A stretch of 64,000 bases of DNA from Candidatus Spongiisociaceae bacterium. Lineage in GTDB: Bacteria > Actinomycetota > Acidimicrobiia > Spongiisociales > Spongiisociaceae. This document shows positions 38,838-49,228 of this stretch, in pieces. The position numbers were made by a program, and so were the translations under genes. Positions within the stretch are counted from its first letter, which is position 1. The number at the start of each line of letters is the position of its first letter. The notes beneath the pieces are model-generated. The model saw only the letters and a list, made by a program, of their open reading frames with translations. It did no database searches and was not told where the DNA came from. The stretch covers positions 480,001 to 544,000 of the forward strand of contig CBDCOH010000002.1 in NCBI GenBank assembly GCA_965219685.1, read 5' to 3'.

Positions 38838-39907
38838 GGACCGGCTCCGGCGATGGCGTCCAAAACCCGGTCGTTCTCGGCCAGGCGATCGCGGAGCGAG
38901 CCCCGCACCTCGGTGGCTCGCGACGTCACCCCGAGGGCGGCCTCGGCGGCCCTCACCATGCGGTCCGGTTCGGGTTCGAGCGGGTTCAGCAGCGGCGCCC
39001 AGCGGCCTCCCTCCGCGGCCAGCGAAGCCATCTTGGGGGAGTAGTCGAGCAGCACGGCCGGTCGCCCGTGCAGGAGGGCGGCGATGGCGCCGTGGTAACG
39101 CATGGTGATCACCAGCCGGCTCCGACCCACCTCCTCGATCACACTGTCGAGACCGGGCCTCACCAGTTCCACCTCGCAGCCGAGACGATCCGCAATCGAC
39201 CGGTGAACCGGCATGTCGCGGCTTGCCTGGAAGGTCACCATCCGTATGGACAACCCGGTCGCGTCCGCGACTGCCTCGAGCCCGCCCGCGAGGGCGGACG
39301 ACGTGGCCGGCGATGGCCGAGCGGCCTTGGACGCGGCGGTTCCGATCCCGCGGCGGTCGGGCGGCCTGAGGATCACGCACATCGTGTCCTCCGGAGCGAG
39401 GCCGTCCACCCGATCACCGATCACCGGGTCACTCCCGACGCCGACGTTCTCCAGGCCCCAGCCTCGAAGCCGGTCGGCCGAGTCGTGGTCACGCACCACG
39501 ATGAACCGCAAGCGGCGGAGGCTTCCCCGGGCGGTCGGGACCGCGAGCGGACCGCCGACCCTGCCCACCCCCAGACCGACCGCACATCCGGCCAGGTGGC
39601 GGGCCGAATGCAGCCTGGAAGCGTGGAAGGGTAGGTTCCATACCGATGTCTCGGTCTGGATCAACCCGCCGGTCACCACCACCCCGTGGGTCTCCCGCAG
39701 GGCGCGCCGTAGCTTCAGGTAGTCCAGGAGGGAGCGATGCGGAACCGCATCGACACCGTGGAGACGGGTGGTCTCGTCCGGATCGATCGAGATGGCGACC
39801 GGCTCAGCGCCCCGAGAGCGCAGGGAGCCAACCAGTGACCGGAGGATCAACTCGTCACCTAGGTTGTCCGAGCCGAACCAGCCGGCGATGGCTATGCGAG
39901 AGGCCAT
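38834..39907 (-). CDS. csaB: Polysaccharide pyruvyl transferase (CsaB-like)
   Basis: IAGWFGSDNLGDELIL, GGLIQ..TS, VRD..S, MRYHG, YSPK. Confidence 0.85.
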   Translation of the reverse strand: MASRIAIAGWFGSDNLGDELILRSLVGSLRSRGAEPVAISIDPDETTRLHGVDAVPHRSLLDYLKLRRALRETHGVVVTGGLIQTETSVWNLPFHASRLHSARHLAGCAVGLGVGRVGGPLAVPTARGSLRRLRFIVVRDHDSADRLRGWGLENVGVGSDPVIGDRVDGLAPEDTMCVILRPPDRRGIGTAASKAARPSPATSSALAGGLEAVADATGLSIRMVTFQASRDMPVHRSIADRLGCEVELVRPGLDSVIEEVGRSRLVITMRYHGAIAALLHGRPAVLLDYSPKMASLAAEGGRWAPLLNPLEPEPDRMVRAAEAALGVTSRATEVRGSLRDRLAENDRVLDAIAGAGP

Positions 39908-39915
39908 CGGGACGG

Positions 39916-40071
39916 CTACGTACTTTTCGGACGGGCTCGAAGCGATGATGCGGGGTGGAGCGCGGACGTCAACCGATCTCCCGGGAGTCCGAATCGAGCG
40001 CCTGCCAGGTGCCCAGCCTCGATGAACACGGGCAGGACGATGCTCACGTCTACCGCTGCGTTATGTGCCAC
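39916..40071 (-). pseudogene. N-terminal remnant of a GT2 glycosyltransferase
   Basis: VDVSIVLPVFIEAGHL resembles the GT2 start VSIVLPVYNE; the rest does not continue as GT2. Confidence 0.5.
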
Positions 40072-40171
40072 GCCTGCGAGTTTGACCGCCCGAACGCTTC
40101 GCGGCAAGCCCGGAGCCGCGACAATGGGTAAGACTCGGTGATCATGGGTCGGGGGTCTCAGGGGAGATGTC

Positions 40172-40202
40172 TTGACCTTCGACCGGATCGAAGGGGTAAC
40201 TT
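40172..40202 (+). promoter_or_regulatory. MerR-type promoter/operator
   Basis: -35 TTGACC, 19-bp spacer with dyad CCTTCGA-CCGGA-TCGAAGG, -10 TAACTT. Confidence 0.85.
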
Positions 40203-40230
40203 CCGGGTGACGACTGTTGGGAGGCGGAAC

Positions 40231-40977
40231 GTGCTGATCGGCGAAGTTGCCCGCTCGACAGGCCTGACGGCGTCTGCGATCCGTTTCTACGAGCAGCACG
40301 GGATCGTCCCTCGAGCCCAGCGCAACGCGGAGGGATACCGGCGCTATCGCGAGAAGGATGTCGAGTTGCTGCGGTTCGTCCGCCGGCTGCGTGCCCTGAA
40401 CATTCCACTGGACGACGTTCGCGAGGTTGTAACGTTGCGCTCAGGCGGTCTTTCGCCCTGTCGCCCGATGAGGGACGCGATCACCAGGGAGGTCTCCCGT
40501 CTAAACCGGGAGATTCAGGAACTGGCACGTGTTCGAGACCAGCTCACGAACCTGCAGATCGCCGCCGACGGGATGGAGGACCACTGGCCCGATCACTGTG
40601 TATGCAGCCTCGTCGACTCCGACAGCCCGGAACATGCCACCGGATCCGCGGTCAGGATCACGCTCCAGTATTTCGAGGGTTGCCCCAACTGGGAGGTGAC
40701 CGATCGTCGACTGGCCGCCCTCGGAGTACCCGTCACGTACCAGCGGATCAAGACGCCCTCCGAGGCGTTGCAGCACGGCTTCCGGGGCTCGCCGACGGTC
40801 CTCGTGAACGGATCGGACCCCTTCGAAGCGCCCGGCGCGCCCATCGGTCTGACATGCCGCGTCTACCGGGGTCCATCCGGACCATCCGGAGCACCTTCGA
40901 TCGAGGACTTGGCAGAGGCGATCGACACGGCCAGGAAGGAGGCCCTGCGCAGGCCAACCGCCTCGCAATTCCGGTAG
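40231..40977 (+). CDS. Metal-responsive MerR regulator fused to a thioredoxin-like domain
   Basis: IGEVARSTG...IRFYE..G..P...R...GYRRY HTH; SPC and HCVC Cys; C-terminal YFEGCPNW...FRGSPTVLVNG.DPF...CRVY. Confidence 0.85.
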   Translation: MLIGEVARSTGLTASAIRFYEQHGIVPRAQRNAEGYRRYREKDVELLRFVRRLRALNIPLDDVREVVTLRSGGLSPCRPMRDAITREVSRLNREIQELARVRDQLTNLQIAADGMEDHWPDHCVCSLVDSDSPEHATGSAVRITLQYFEGCPNWEVTDRRLAALGVPVTYQRIKTPSEALQHGFRGSPTVLVNGSDPFEAPGAPIGLTCRVYRGPSGPSGAPSIEDLAEAIDTARKEALRRPTASQFR

Positions 40978-40993
40978 CGATAGGCTCCGGCCG

Positions 40994-42403
40994 GTGAGGG
41001 AAGGCGGTATTCGAGGCCGACTTCGACAGGACATGCCGGTCCGGGTCGCCGGAGGCGCGGCGGTCGCGGCTCTTCTGGCCGGCTCGTGGTGGGAACTGCT
41101 GTTCCTCCCCTTGGGCGCCAGTCACGATGGTCGGATCAACGCACGGTTCGGTCTGCACGTCCGGAACTTCCTGGAGCACGGGTTGGCGAACTCCGACTAC
41201 CTGGCGTCCATGGAGCCGTTCGCGACGACTCCGTACACCCATCACCCTCCCCTTCTCAACGTGCTCCACGCGGTGGTCGGATCGACGCTCGGGCAGGGCG
41301 AATGGCAATTGCACACCATCGGCTACCTGGCCGGCCTGGGAACCGTGGGCGGGCTCTTCTGGCTGGCTCGCGAACTCGACCTGGGGCCGTGGTCCTCGGT
41401 GGCGGCCGTGGCATTCGTGGCGTCGACTCCGATGTTCTGGATCTACGGGCGTCTGGGGCTCGGCATATCGATCGTGCTGCCGCTCCTGGCCCTCTGGCAG
41501 CGGTATCACAGGCTGGGTCGGGGATACCGGGCGCTTCTGATCGCCTCGGGTCTGGCAGCCTTCTCATCCTGGGTCGGGGCCGCCCTCGCTGTCCTCCTCT
41601 CCGGTATGAGCATGAGGGAAGGCGGGCGCCGGAAGGCAGGTGCGGCGGTGGGTGCGGTAGGTGTCTCCACCGCCCTGGCTGTTCTGGTCTGGGTGGCGTG
41701 GGCGGGCGATGTGACCGAGGTGGCGCAGCACACCCTGTCCCGGCTCCGATGGCCCTCGCTGTCGGCCCTATCGGACAACTATCTGTGGTTCTACCGGACG
41801 CTGTTTCCCTGGTGGTTCCGCTGGCTGATTCTCCCGGCGATCGCGATGGCCCTCATCGATCGCCGGACCCGGCCAGCCGCCGGCTCGATCACCGCGGCTC
41901 TCACGGTGTGGACGCTTATCACCCCCGACGCCGCCTATATTCACGACTTCTGGACGTATCCGCTCCTCCTTCCCGTATTCCTCGGCCTGGCGGTGATAGC
42001 GGATCACATGGAACGAAGGTTGGAGGGCAGGCGGATCGCGGTCGGGGCGGGCGTCGCCCTGGTGTTGCTGGTTGCGGTGGGCTTCGCCCGTCTTCCGCCT
42101 TACCGCGACGCCTACTTCCGGGCGCCGTCGGATGCCGGTGCTCTCGTCCGGGAGACGGGTCCGCCGCCCTGGCAGAGAACCGCCTGGTTGGCGGAGGGAG
42201 TGGACCCGATTCCGTACTGGGTGAGCTACTACTGGAATCTCCCCACCACCGAGGTAACCGTGGCTGACCTGGGCGTCATGGGAGAACACGACCTGGTCAT
42301 GGTCCGTCTCGACCGGTTGCCGTCCTGGGTGGGGTCGGTCCCGGATCCGGTGGCATCGAGGGGACGCTATGGCCTGGTGAGGGTCGCCGCACTGCCGCCG
42401 TAG
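40994..42403 (+). CDS. GT-C fold membrane glycosyltransferase (ArnT/PMT-like)
   Basis: HDG acidic loop, PYTHHPPL, many TM helices. Confidence 0.7.
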   Translation: MREGGIRGRLRQDMPVRVAGGAAVAALLAGSWWELLFLPLGASHDGRINARFGLHVRNFLEHGLANSDYLASMEPFATTPYTHHPPLLNVLHAVVGSTLGQGEWQLHTIGYLAGLGTVGGLFWLARELDLGPWSSVAAVAFVASTPMFWIYGRLGLGISIVLPLLALWQRYHRLGRGYRALLIASGLAAFSSWVGAALAVLLSGMSMREGGRRKAGAAVGAVGVSTALAVLVWVAWAGDVTEVAQHTLSRLRWPSLSALSDNYLWFYRTLFPWWFRWLILPAIAMALIDRRTRPAAGSITAALTVWTLITPDAAYIHDFWTYPLLLPVFLGLAVIADHMERRLEGRRIAVGAGVALVLLVAVGFARLPPYRDAYFRAPSDAGALVRETGPPPWQRTAWLAEGVDPIPYWVSYYWNLPTTEVTVADLGVMGEHDLVMVRLDRLPSWVGSVPDPVASRGRYGLVRVAALPP

Positions 42404-42599
42404 GAGTGAGGCTTATATGAAGATACTGTTATCATTCGGCGGATAGTGTAACGTATTGCATACAATGCTAGTGACTTCCCGGTGACGAGCCCCGCCGCCG
42501 TACGAACCGCGACGGCCCTGCGGCCCCATCGGTCCGCCCCCGATCTGCGCCACGGGCACGGTAGGTCGGAGCGTCCCCCGGTGAGACGCCGTCCTACCG

Positions 42600-45500
42600 C
42601 TGGGAACTGGGCGCCAACGACACCTGGGTGGCCTTCGGGACCGATCCCACCTTCTCCTACCTCCCGCAGCAGCCTGAGACGACATCATTCCGAGTGACGG
42701 TGAGCTACCCGTCTGGGTCGTCCACCTCCGCCCCGCTGACCATCACATGGAAGCCGTTCGTCCCGCGGCCGGTGCCCGACTCCGACCCGACCCCCGACTC
42801 GGAAGAGAACTCCGAGCGTGCTCCCCTCACGGTGGAGGAGAAGGCGTCCCCGGGATGGCGGGTGGCGATCTCGACCGGCAGCAGCGAGCCCGAGGTCGGG
42901 GAATGGGTCACCCTGACGGCCGAGGTGACGAACGCGCCTGAAGGCCGCGACCCCGGCTACCGCTGGGAGATGCGGGGGGTCGGCCCCTGGCGGGCGGTCG
43001 GCACGGCCCGCAGTTTTCGCTATGCCGCCGATGCGCCCTCTTCGGCAACCTTCCGCGTCTCGGTCAGCTACGCGACGCCGGCTACGTCACCTCGGACCCG
43101 CTCACCCTGAGCTGGGACGAGGGTTCCGGAGCGCGGGCCGCGCAGTCGACGCTCACGGCGGACGCCGGGCCGGACCAGTCGGTCGTGTGGGCGCAAGGGG
43201 TGAGGCTGGACGGCACCGGCTCGACAGGAGCGGTGAGCTACGCCTGGATCCAGACCAGCGGCCCGAACGTGACGCTGACCGGAGCGGACACGGCGACTCC
43301 CAGCTTCACTGCGCCCTCGGCGCGCGGTGTAATCTGTATCGCTGCTGGACCAATGGGCAGGTACAGGACCACGGCGCCCGCGGCAACAGAGGAACGTTGA
43401 CCGTCGGCGACATGGACAGCGCCACCCGCTACTGGGTCGTCGGTTGGGTGGTGGGTAGTGCGGGTACTTGGTCGTGGTGGATCCCGGCCACGACCACCGG
43501 CTCGGCGACGATCCGGCACGTCACGCTGACATCCTCGCCCGCCTCCGGGGACACCTACCGGACCGGCGAGAAGATCCGAGCCGAGCTGACCTGGAGCCAG
43601 GTGGTGACGGTCGACAACGGCGGCTCGGACGATAACGTGGCCGTGCGCCTCGACCTGGGCTCGGACGACGGCGCCTATTCCAACAGCCGCCGGGCGATGA
43701 GCTACGTCTCGGGTACGGGATCGGACACCCTGACCTTCGAGTACACGGTCCAACGCGACGACATCGACGCAGACGGGGTCTGGGTCCAGCACAAATCTGC
43801 CACCGAGAACGAGGTGGTGTTCCTGGCGAACGGGGCGACGCTGGAGGGCGGCAATCCGGACACGAACAACGCCGGCCTGACAAGGCGCCACCGCCTGGGT
43901 ACGACCGGCGACCCGAGTCAGAAGGTGGACGGGACGACCACGGCGACGGCGGATGCGGGCGCGGACCGGACCGTGTTGTTCGGGACGGAGGTGACGCTGA
44001 ACGGGGGCGGCTCGTCGTCGGAAAACGAGGGAGCTTCGCTGACCTACGCCTGGAACCAACTCAGCGGCGAGCCTGTGACGCTGAGCGGCGCGAACACGGC
44101 CAAGCCCAGTTTCACCGCGCCCACGGTGCGGACCGACCTGGTCTTCCAGTTGGTGGTCAACGACGGAGCCTACGACAGCGGGCCCGACACGGTGACCATC
44201 GTGGTGCGCGCGCCGCTCAACCCGAGCTCACCGCCCTGCGCCCATCCCGCAGGCGGCGGGAAGGCTCAATACAACGTGAGTCTCCTAGTCGATGAGAAGG
44301 GCGATACCTCCATCAAGGTCTACTTCACCACGGCCAATGAAACCACGTTTTCGCTCTGCCGACCGGACGGGAGTCGGATCAGTCTCTTAGGGGCCGCTAA
44401 CGAGGGGCGGGTGACCTTCAGCGATCTGTCCAGCGGCACCCGCTACTGGATCGCCAGCGGCACCCGGCACAACGCTGAAGTGTTTTCGCAGTGGGTCCCG
44501 GTCACGGTCGTTCTTGCCGAGGATGGCTCGAACCGCGATGTGGGCGATGTGGCTCGACCTGGGCCCTGACGACGCCGACCGCGCCAACAGCCGCAAGCTG
44601 ATGAGTCATGTCTCGGGCACGGACAAGACCTCCGGGTTGAACGACAAGATCAGCGTCCGGCTCACCTTCAACGAAGCGGTGAACGTCGATACGGCGGGCG
44701 GCACGCCCTCGCTGAAGATCAAGATCGGCCCCTCGCTCAACGAGTTGGCGACGGCCTATGCCACCGGCAACGGCACGAAGTCGCTCGTGTTCCGCTACAC
44801 CGTGGTCTCGCCGAACAAGTCCACCACCGGCGTCGCGGTGATCGAGAACACGCTCGCTCTGAACAGCGGAACGATCAGATCGGTGGAGACCGGCGAGGAC
44901 GCGAAGCTTGGCCACACCGGTGTGGTACACGACTCGAACCACCTGGTCGACAGCAGCCCGCCGGCGCCGACCGGTCTGAGCGCGGAGGTCGGCAACACCC
45001 GGATCACGCTGCGCTGGACCGATCCCGGCGACGCGTCGATCACCAAGTACCAGGACCGAGCGCGGGCAAGCGGAGGGCAATGGTCACCGGACTGGACGGA
45101 CATCACCGGCAGCGGCGCCGCAACGACCTCCTACACCGTGCCCGGCCTGACCAACGACACGACCTACACGGTCCAGCTGCGCGCCGTGCGCGGCGAGGAC
45201 AAACCTGGGCCGGTCGTCCAGCCAGACCGCCACGCCCAAGCCGGCCAAGCCTCCGGCGCCGTCTGGCGGCGGCTATGGCCGGCAGCGGGCAGATCGCTCT
45301 CAGTTGGACCGATCCGGGCGATGCGACGATCAGCAAGTACCAGTTCCGCCGCCGGGCCGGTAGCGGGAACTTCACGGGCTGGATGGACATCCCGGACAGC
45401 GGCGCGGCCACCTTCACCTATACGGTGACCGGCCTGAGCAACGGCACGACCTACACGTTCGAGTTGCGGGCGATCCGGGGCGTGGACACCGAGGGTCTGG

Positions 45501-46231
45501 CCGCCGGCATCGAGCCCACACCCACCGCTACCGGCCCTGCCGCCCCGGCCGGCCTCACCGCGACCCCGGGAGTCGGACGGATCACGCAGCGCTGGACCGA
45601 TCCGGAAAACGATCAGATCAGCAGGTACCAGTACCGCCAGCGCGAGTCCGGCGGGACCTGGTCGGACTGGGCTGACATCGAGGGCAGCGGAGCGAATACC
45701 ACGACGTACACGGTGACCGGGTTGACCTACGGGATCGATCTGCGCTGTGACAAGCGCTCTCGCCACGCCGACGAGACCCCGGACATCCGGCCGCCCCTCC
45801 TCCGGCGGTGGGAGCGGGGGAGTTCCGCCTCCGCCGGAAGCCGCTCCCCCCGACGAGGACTTCGTATGGAATGCGACCCGTGACGTCCCGGCGCTGGCCG
45901 CCGGCAACCCCAATCCCACGGGCCTCTGGTCGGACGGCCAGACTCTTCTGGTCATCGAGAACTCCCGATCGGGTCCTGACATTCTCTACGCCTACTCGCT
46001 CGCCGGGGGCGCGGAACTGACCCAGCACCGGATCGAGCTGGACCGGCGCAACGCTTCGCGCACGGCATCTGGTCAGACGGTACGACCATGCTGGTGCTCG
46101 GTTCGCTCTACGCGTACGACCTGGAAACCGGCGAGTTGGTGGCCGGATACCGTTTGGACGCCTCGAACCGGAGCCCCCGCGGGATCTGGTCGGACGGCGT
46201 CACGATCTGGGTCTCCTCGTCGGAGCCCTAG
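42600..46231 (+). pseudogene. Frameshifted large surface protein with Ig/PKD-like, FN3 and GIWSDG propeller-like repeats
   Basis: TADAG.D..V...V.L.G.GS...YAW.Q.SG..VTL.GA.TA.PSFTAP twice; three FN3 units (ITLRWTDP....ITKYQ...W.DI.GSGA.TT.YTV.GL.N); GLWSDG/GIWSDG repeats; frame changes repeatedly. Confidence 0.8.
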
Positions 46232-46253
46232 ACCTCCCCGCCCCCTGAACCAT

Positions 46254-46316
46254 ATTCACCATTCACCATTCACCATTCACCATTCACCAATCCCCATTCA
46301 CCAATCACCAATCCCC
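46254..46316. repeat. (ATTCACC/AATCACC/AATCCCC)n heptamer array overlapping the GT2 stop
   Basis: Seen directly; encodes the terminal GIGDW*. Confidence 0.93.
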
Positions 46317-49228
46317 GCGAAGGCGAGATCACATCCGGGGCGCCTGTCCTGTGCCTGGCTCAGGAAGTAGGAGTCCGGCGCGTTCCACGTATGCCCTTCT
46401 CCGTGGCGGACGAGAACGTAGCCGTGGCCGTGGGTCCGGTACACGCGGCCCCCGATGCGAGCCACGTCTCGCGCCAGGGCCTGGTCCACCGCGGTGTCGA
46501 CGCGCCTCCATCCGCCCGCCTCCTCCAGGTCGTACCGGGCGATGAGCATGGCTCCGCCGGCGATCGTGAAGGCACTGGCGAAGGTCTCCCCACCACCGGC
46601 GTAGCGGTGGATGGTCGTGTCGGAGTTGACCAGATGGACGAACTCGGCGCCCTTGGCCACGAGGTTCGCCTTCGAGAACTGGCGGGCCAGTACCAGGTCC
46701 CAGACGTGTTCGGCGCCGTAATGGTCGTCGTCGTCCATCTTGGTCAATAGCCTCCCCCCGGCCACCTCCGTGGCCCGGTTCAGCACCGTCCCGAATGGGG
46801 CTTCGGCGGGCGCCCTCACCACCTCGACGTTGAAGGGGAGTGCGGAGAGGTCGATCGTGTCCTGGAAACCGGACCCGTGCAGGGCCAGCACCAGTTCGAG
46901 TCGCGGGTATGTCTGGGATGCCGCCGTCTCCAGCGTGCGGTCCAGCACCTGCGGGCGCTTGGTGGGGAGGATGATCGAGACTTCGGGAAGGCCCGGATGG
47001 CTTTCGAGACCGGCTGCGTATGCCACCTGGCGGGCCCTGGCCACCAGCGAGTGGCCGAGGAGGGCGGTCCGGCGCATCGCGATGCTCGCCCGCTCCCGTT
47101 GCGCCGCATCGGCGCCGGGAATCTGCTCGTTTCGCATCTGCCGGTAGAGGTCCGTTCCGAGGTGGGCCTCCAGGTTGGCGTCGGTGTCGGCCAGATGTAC
47201 GACGACTCCGGTGGCGGCCAGCGCGGCGAGCGTCGCCGCTCTCAGCGTCGCGTCTGCGTGGAAACCGCCTACGTCCTCCACGTGGTGGAGCTTGGACAGC
47301 GCCTCGCGGTCGGAACTCTCCACCACCCTGTCGACCCTGGTCGCCGGCGGGAGCAAGTCTTCCCGACCCAGCGCTCCGATGTCGCTGCCGGTGTGCCTCA
47401 CCCAGTTCACGGGGTTGACCTGTTCGGGGTCGAAGGCCGGCACGGCGATCCGGGATGCACGATCCGCTAGGACAACCACAGGAATGCCATGCGCCCGACC
47501 CGTATCCGGTATCGGATCACTCGTATCCGCCAGTACGAGATCGCTGTGTTCGCCGGTGGTGGAGTAGTGAACGCGATCCGTTGCCGCGAATACCGACCGT
47601 GCCTGGGCTCCCACGACGGCGATGTCGATACCGAGCGGGTACTGGGCCCGTTGGACCGATCGGGCCCTCCGTCCGCTCCTGAAGGGCGGTCGCCCCGCCG
47701 ATGCCGACCGGCCGCGGCGCCGCATGGCCGGCATCCGGAGCCGGACCGCCGAAGTGATCCAGCGCAGGAGGGCCCAGGCTTTTCGAGGGCTACGGACTCC
47801 GGCCACTTCGCGAAGCACTCGGGCCGCCTTGGAACGATGCAGTGACCGGGCTACGAGCGGATCGGTCACTCCCGTGCCGCCGCGAACCGTGAACTCCCGG
47901 GTGTCGGCCGCTACCACATCGCCTACCTCTTCCACCGGGCGGCCGGTTCGCATCGATCTGTGCAACGCCCAAGCCCGAACGATGGAGAGTTGCGAACCAT
48001 CGGAGAGCCGGCCGACCGCGGCGGCAGAGGACCCGATCTGGTCCCTGAGCCGGTTGACCGTCCCGGTTCCGCATTCCATCCCGGCCGGCACCGTTACGTG
48101 GAAGGGGGAGTGGGGGAATCGCTCGAGCGCGCCGTCGAGCGGGCCGAAGAACACCCTGGGATCCGGGCCGAGGCTGCGACGCAGCCACTCGGATGCGGGG
48201 TCGCCGGAGCGGTCGCCCACCCAGACGACGAGATCGTGAACCGTCCCGCCGAGGAGTTCCTCGGTGGTCAGGTGAATCACCTCCGGAGAGCGGTCGAGCG
48301 GGTCGACGGCCACGACGAACTTCGGGACGGAGAAGCTCCGTCCGGGACTTTCGATACGGAAGTCCGGATGGGCGATGAGATGGGAGACCTTGGCTCGCTG
48401 GAAGTTGAGACTCTCCTTCCTGGCCGGGTCGGGCGTCGCGCTCCCGCCCTGGTGCCAGCAGAAAGCGTCCCTGACGGGCACGAGAAGCCCGCCGCGTGTG
48501 TGGGCGCGGTATCCGAACTCGGTGTCCTCCATTCCCCACCGGTCGAACGACTCGTCGAATCCGCCGGTGTCCTCGAAGAACCGGCGGCTGACCCCCAGGT
48601 TGCCACTGGTCACCACGCGAAATATGTCGTCGGCCGCGGAGGTCAGTTCCCTGGTCCGGACCATGTAGAACTCGATCCACTCCGGGCGGTCGATGACCCT
48701 GCCCTCGAGCAGCTCATCGAGAGATCCGATGCGGTCGCGGACAGCCGCCGGCGTCAATCCCTCCACGTCGACATGTGCGCGGAATCCCAGGGTGAGAACG
48801 TCGGAGGCCGTGTGATGCCAACGTGCGTGAGAGGCCAACCACGAGGTCTCCGGCAGCATGTCGGAGTCGAGGAAGACAAGTATGGGATGGTTCGCCGCGC
48901 GTGCTCCGCAGTTACGCGCGCGAGCCGCTCCGAACCCCCGGTCCTCCTGGCGGAAGATCCGGACCTGCAGCGGGCTGGAGGGCGCCGCCCGGAGGGGCGC
49001 AGCGGACCCGTCGTCGACGATCACCACCTCGAAGAGGCTGCGCGGGTAGGTCTGGTTCTCGAGCGCCGCCAGCGTCAGGCGGAGTGCCTCCGGTGTCTCG
49101 TAGTACGGGATCACCACCGTGACCGGAATCGTGGGATGGAAGTCGTCGGGCGGCGGTGGATCCAGCGACCGCCAGTCGTTGCCCCGGACGGCTACGGGGG
49201 GCACCGGAGCGGCCATCCCGGGTTTCAC
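46298..49228 (-). CDS. Large glycosyltransferase with two GT2-like domains (paralog A)
   Basis: VTVVIPYYE...VDDGS...FLDSD...GGFDESF..WG.ED; C-terminal VSIILPTKRP...KMDDDD.Y. Confidence 0.9.
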   Translation of the reverse strand: MKPGMAAPVPPVAVRGNDWRSLDPPPPDDFHPTIPVTVVIPYYETPEALRLTLAALENQTYPRSLFEVVIVDDGSAAPLRAAPSSPLQVRIFRQEDRGFGAARARNCGARAANHPILVFLDSDMLPETSWLASHARWHHTASDVLTLGFRAHVDVEGLTPAAVRDRIGSLDELLEGRVIDRPEWIEFYMVRTRELTSAADDIFRVVTSGNLGVSRRFFEDTGGFDESFDRWGMEDTEFGYRAHTRGGLLVPVRDAFCWHQGGSATPDPARKESLNFQRAKVSHLIAHPDFRIESPGRSFSVPKFVVAVDPLDRSPEVIHLTTEELLGGTVHDLVVWVGDRSGDPASEWLRRSLGPDPRVFFGPLDGALERFPHSPFHVTVPAGMECGTGTVNRLRDQIGSSAAAVGRLSDGSQLSIVRAWALHRSMRTGRPVEEVGDVVAADTREFTVRGGTGVTDPLVARSLHRSKAARVLREVAGVRSPRKAWALLRWITSAVRLRMPAMRRRGRSASAGRPPFRSGRRARSVQRAQYPLGIDIAVVGAQARSVFAATDRVHYSTTGEHSDLVLADTSDPIPDTGRAHGIPVVVLADRASRIAVPAFDPEQVNPVNWVRHTGSDIGALGREDLLPPATRVDRVVESSDREALSKLHHVEDVGGFHADATLRAATLAALAATGVVVHLADTDANLEAHLGTDLYRQMRNEQIPGADAAQRERASIAMRRTALLGHSLVARARQVAYAAGLESHPGLPEVSIILPTKRPQVLDRTLETAASQTYPRLELVLALHGSGFQDTIDLSALPFNVEVVRAPAEAPFGTVLNRATEVAGGRLLTKMDDDDHYGAEHVWDLVLARQFSKANLVAKGAEFVHLVNSDTTIHRYAGGGETFASAFTIAGGAMLIARYDLEEAGGWRRVDTAVDQALARDVARIGGRVYRTHGHGYVLVRHGEGHTWNAPDSYFLSQAQDRRPGCDLAFAGIGDW

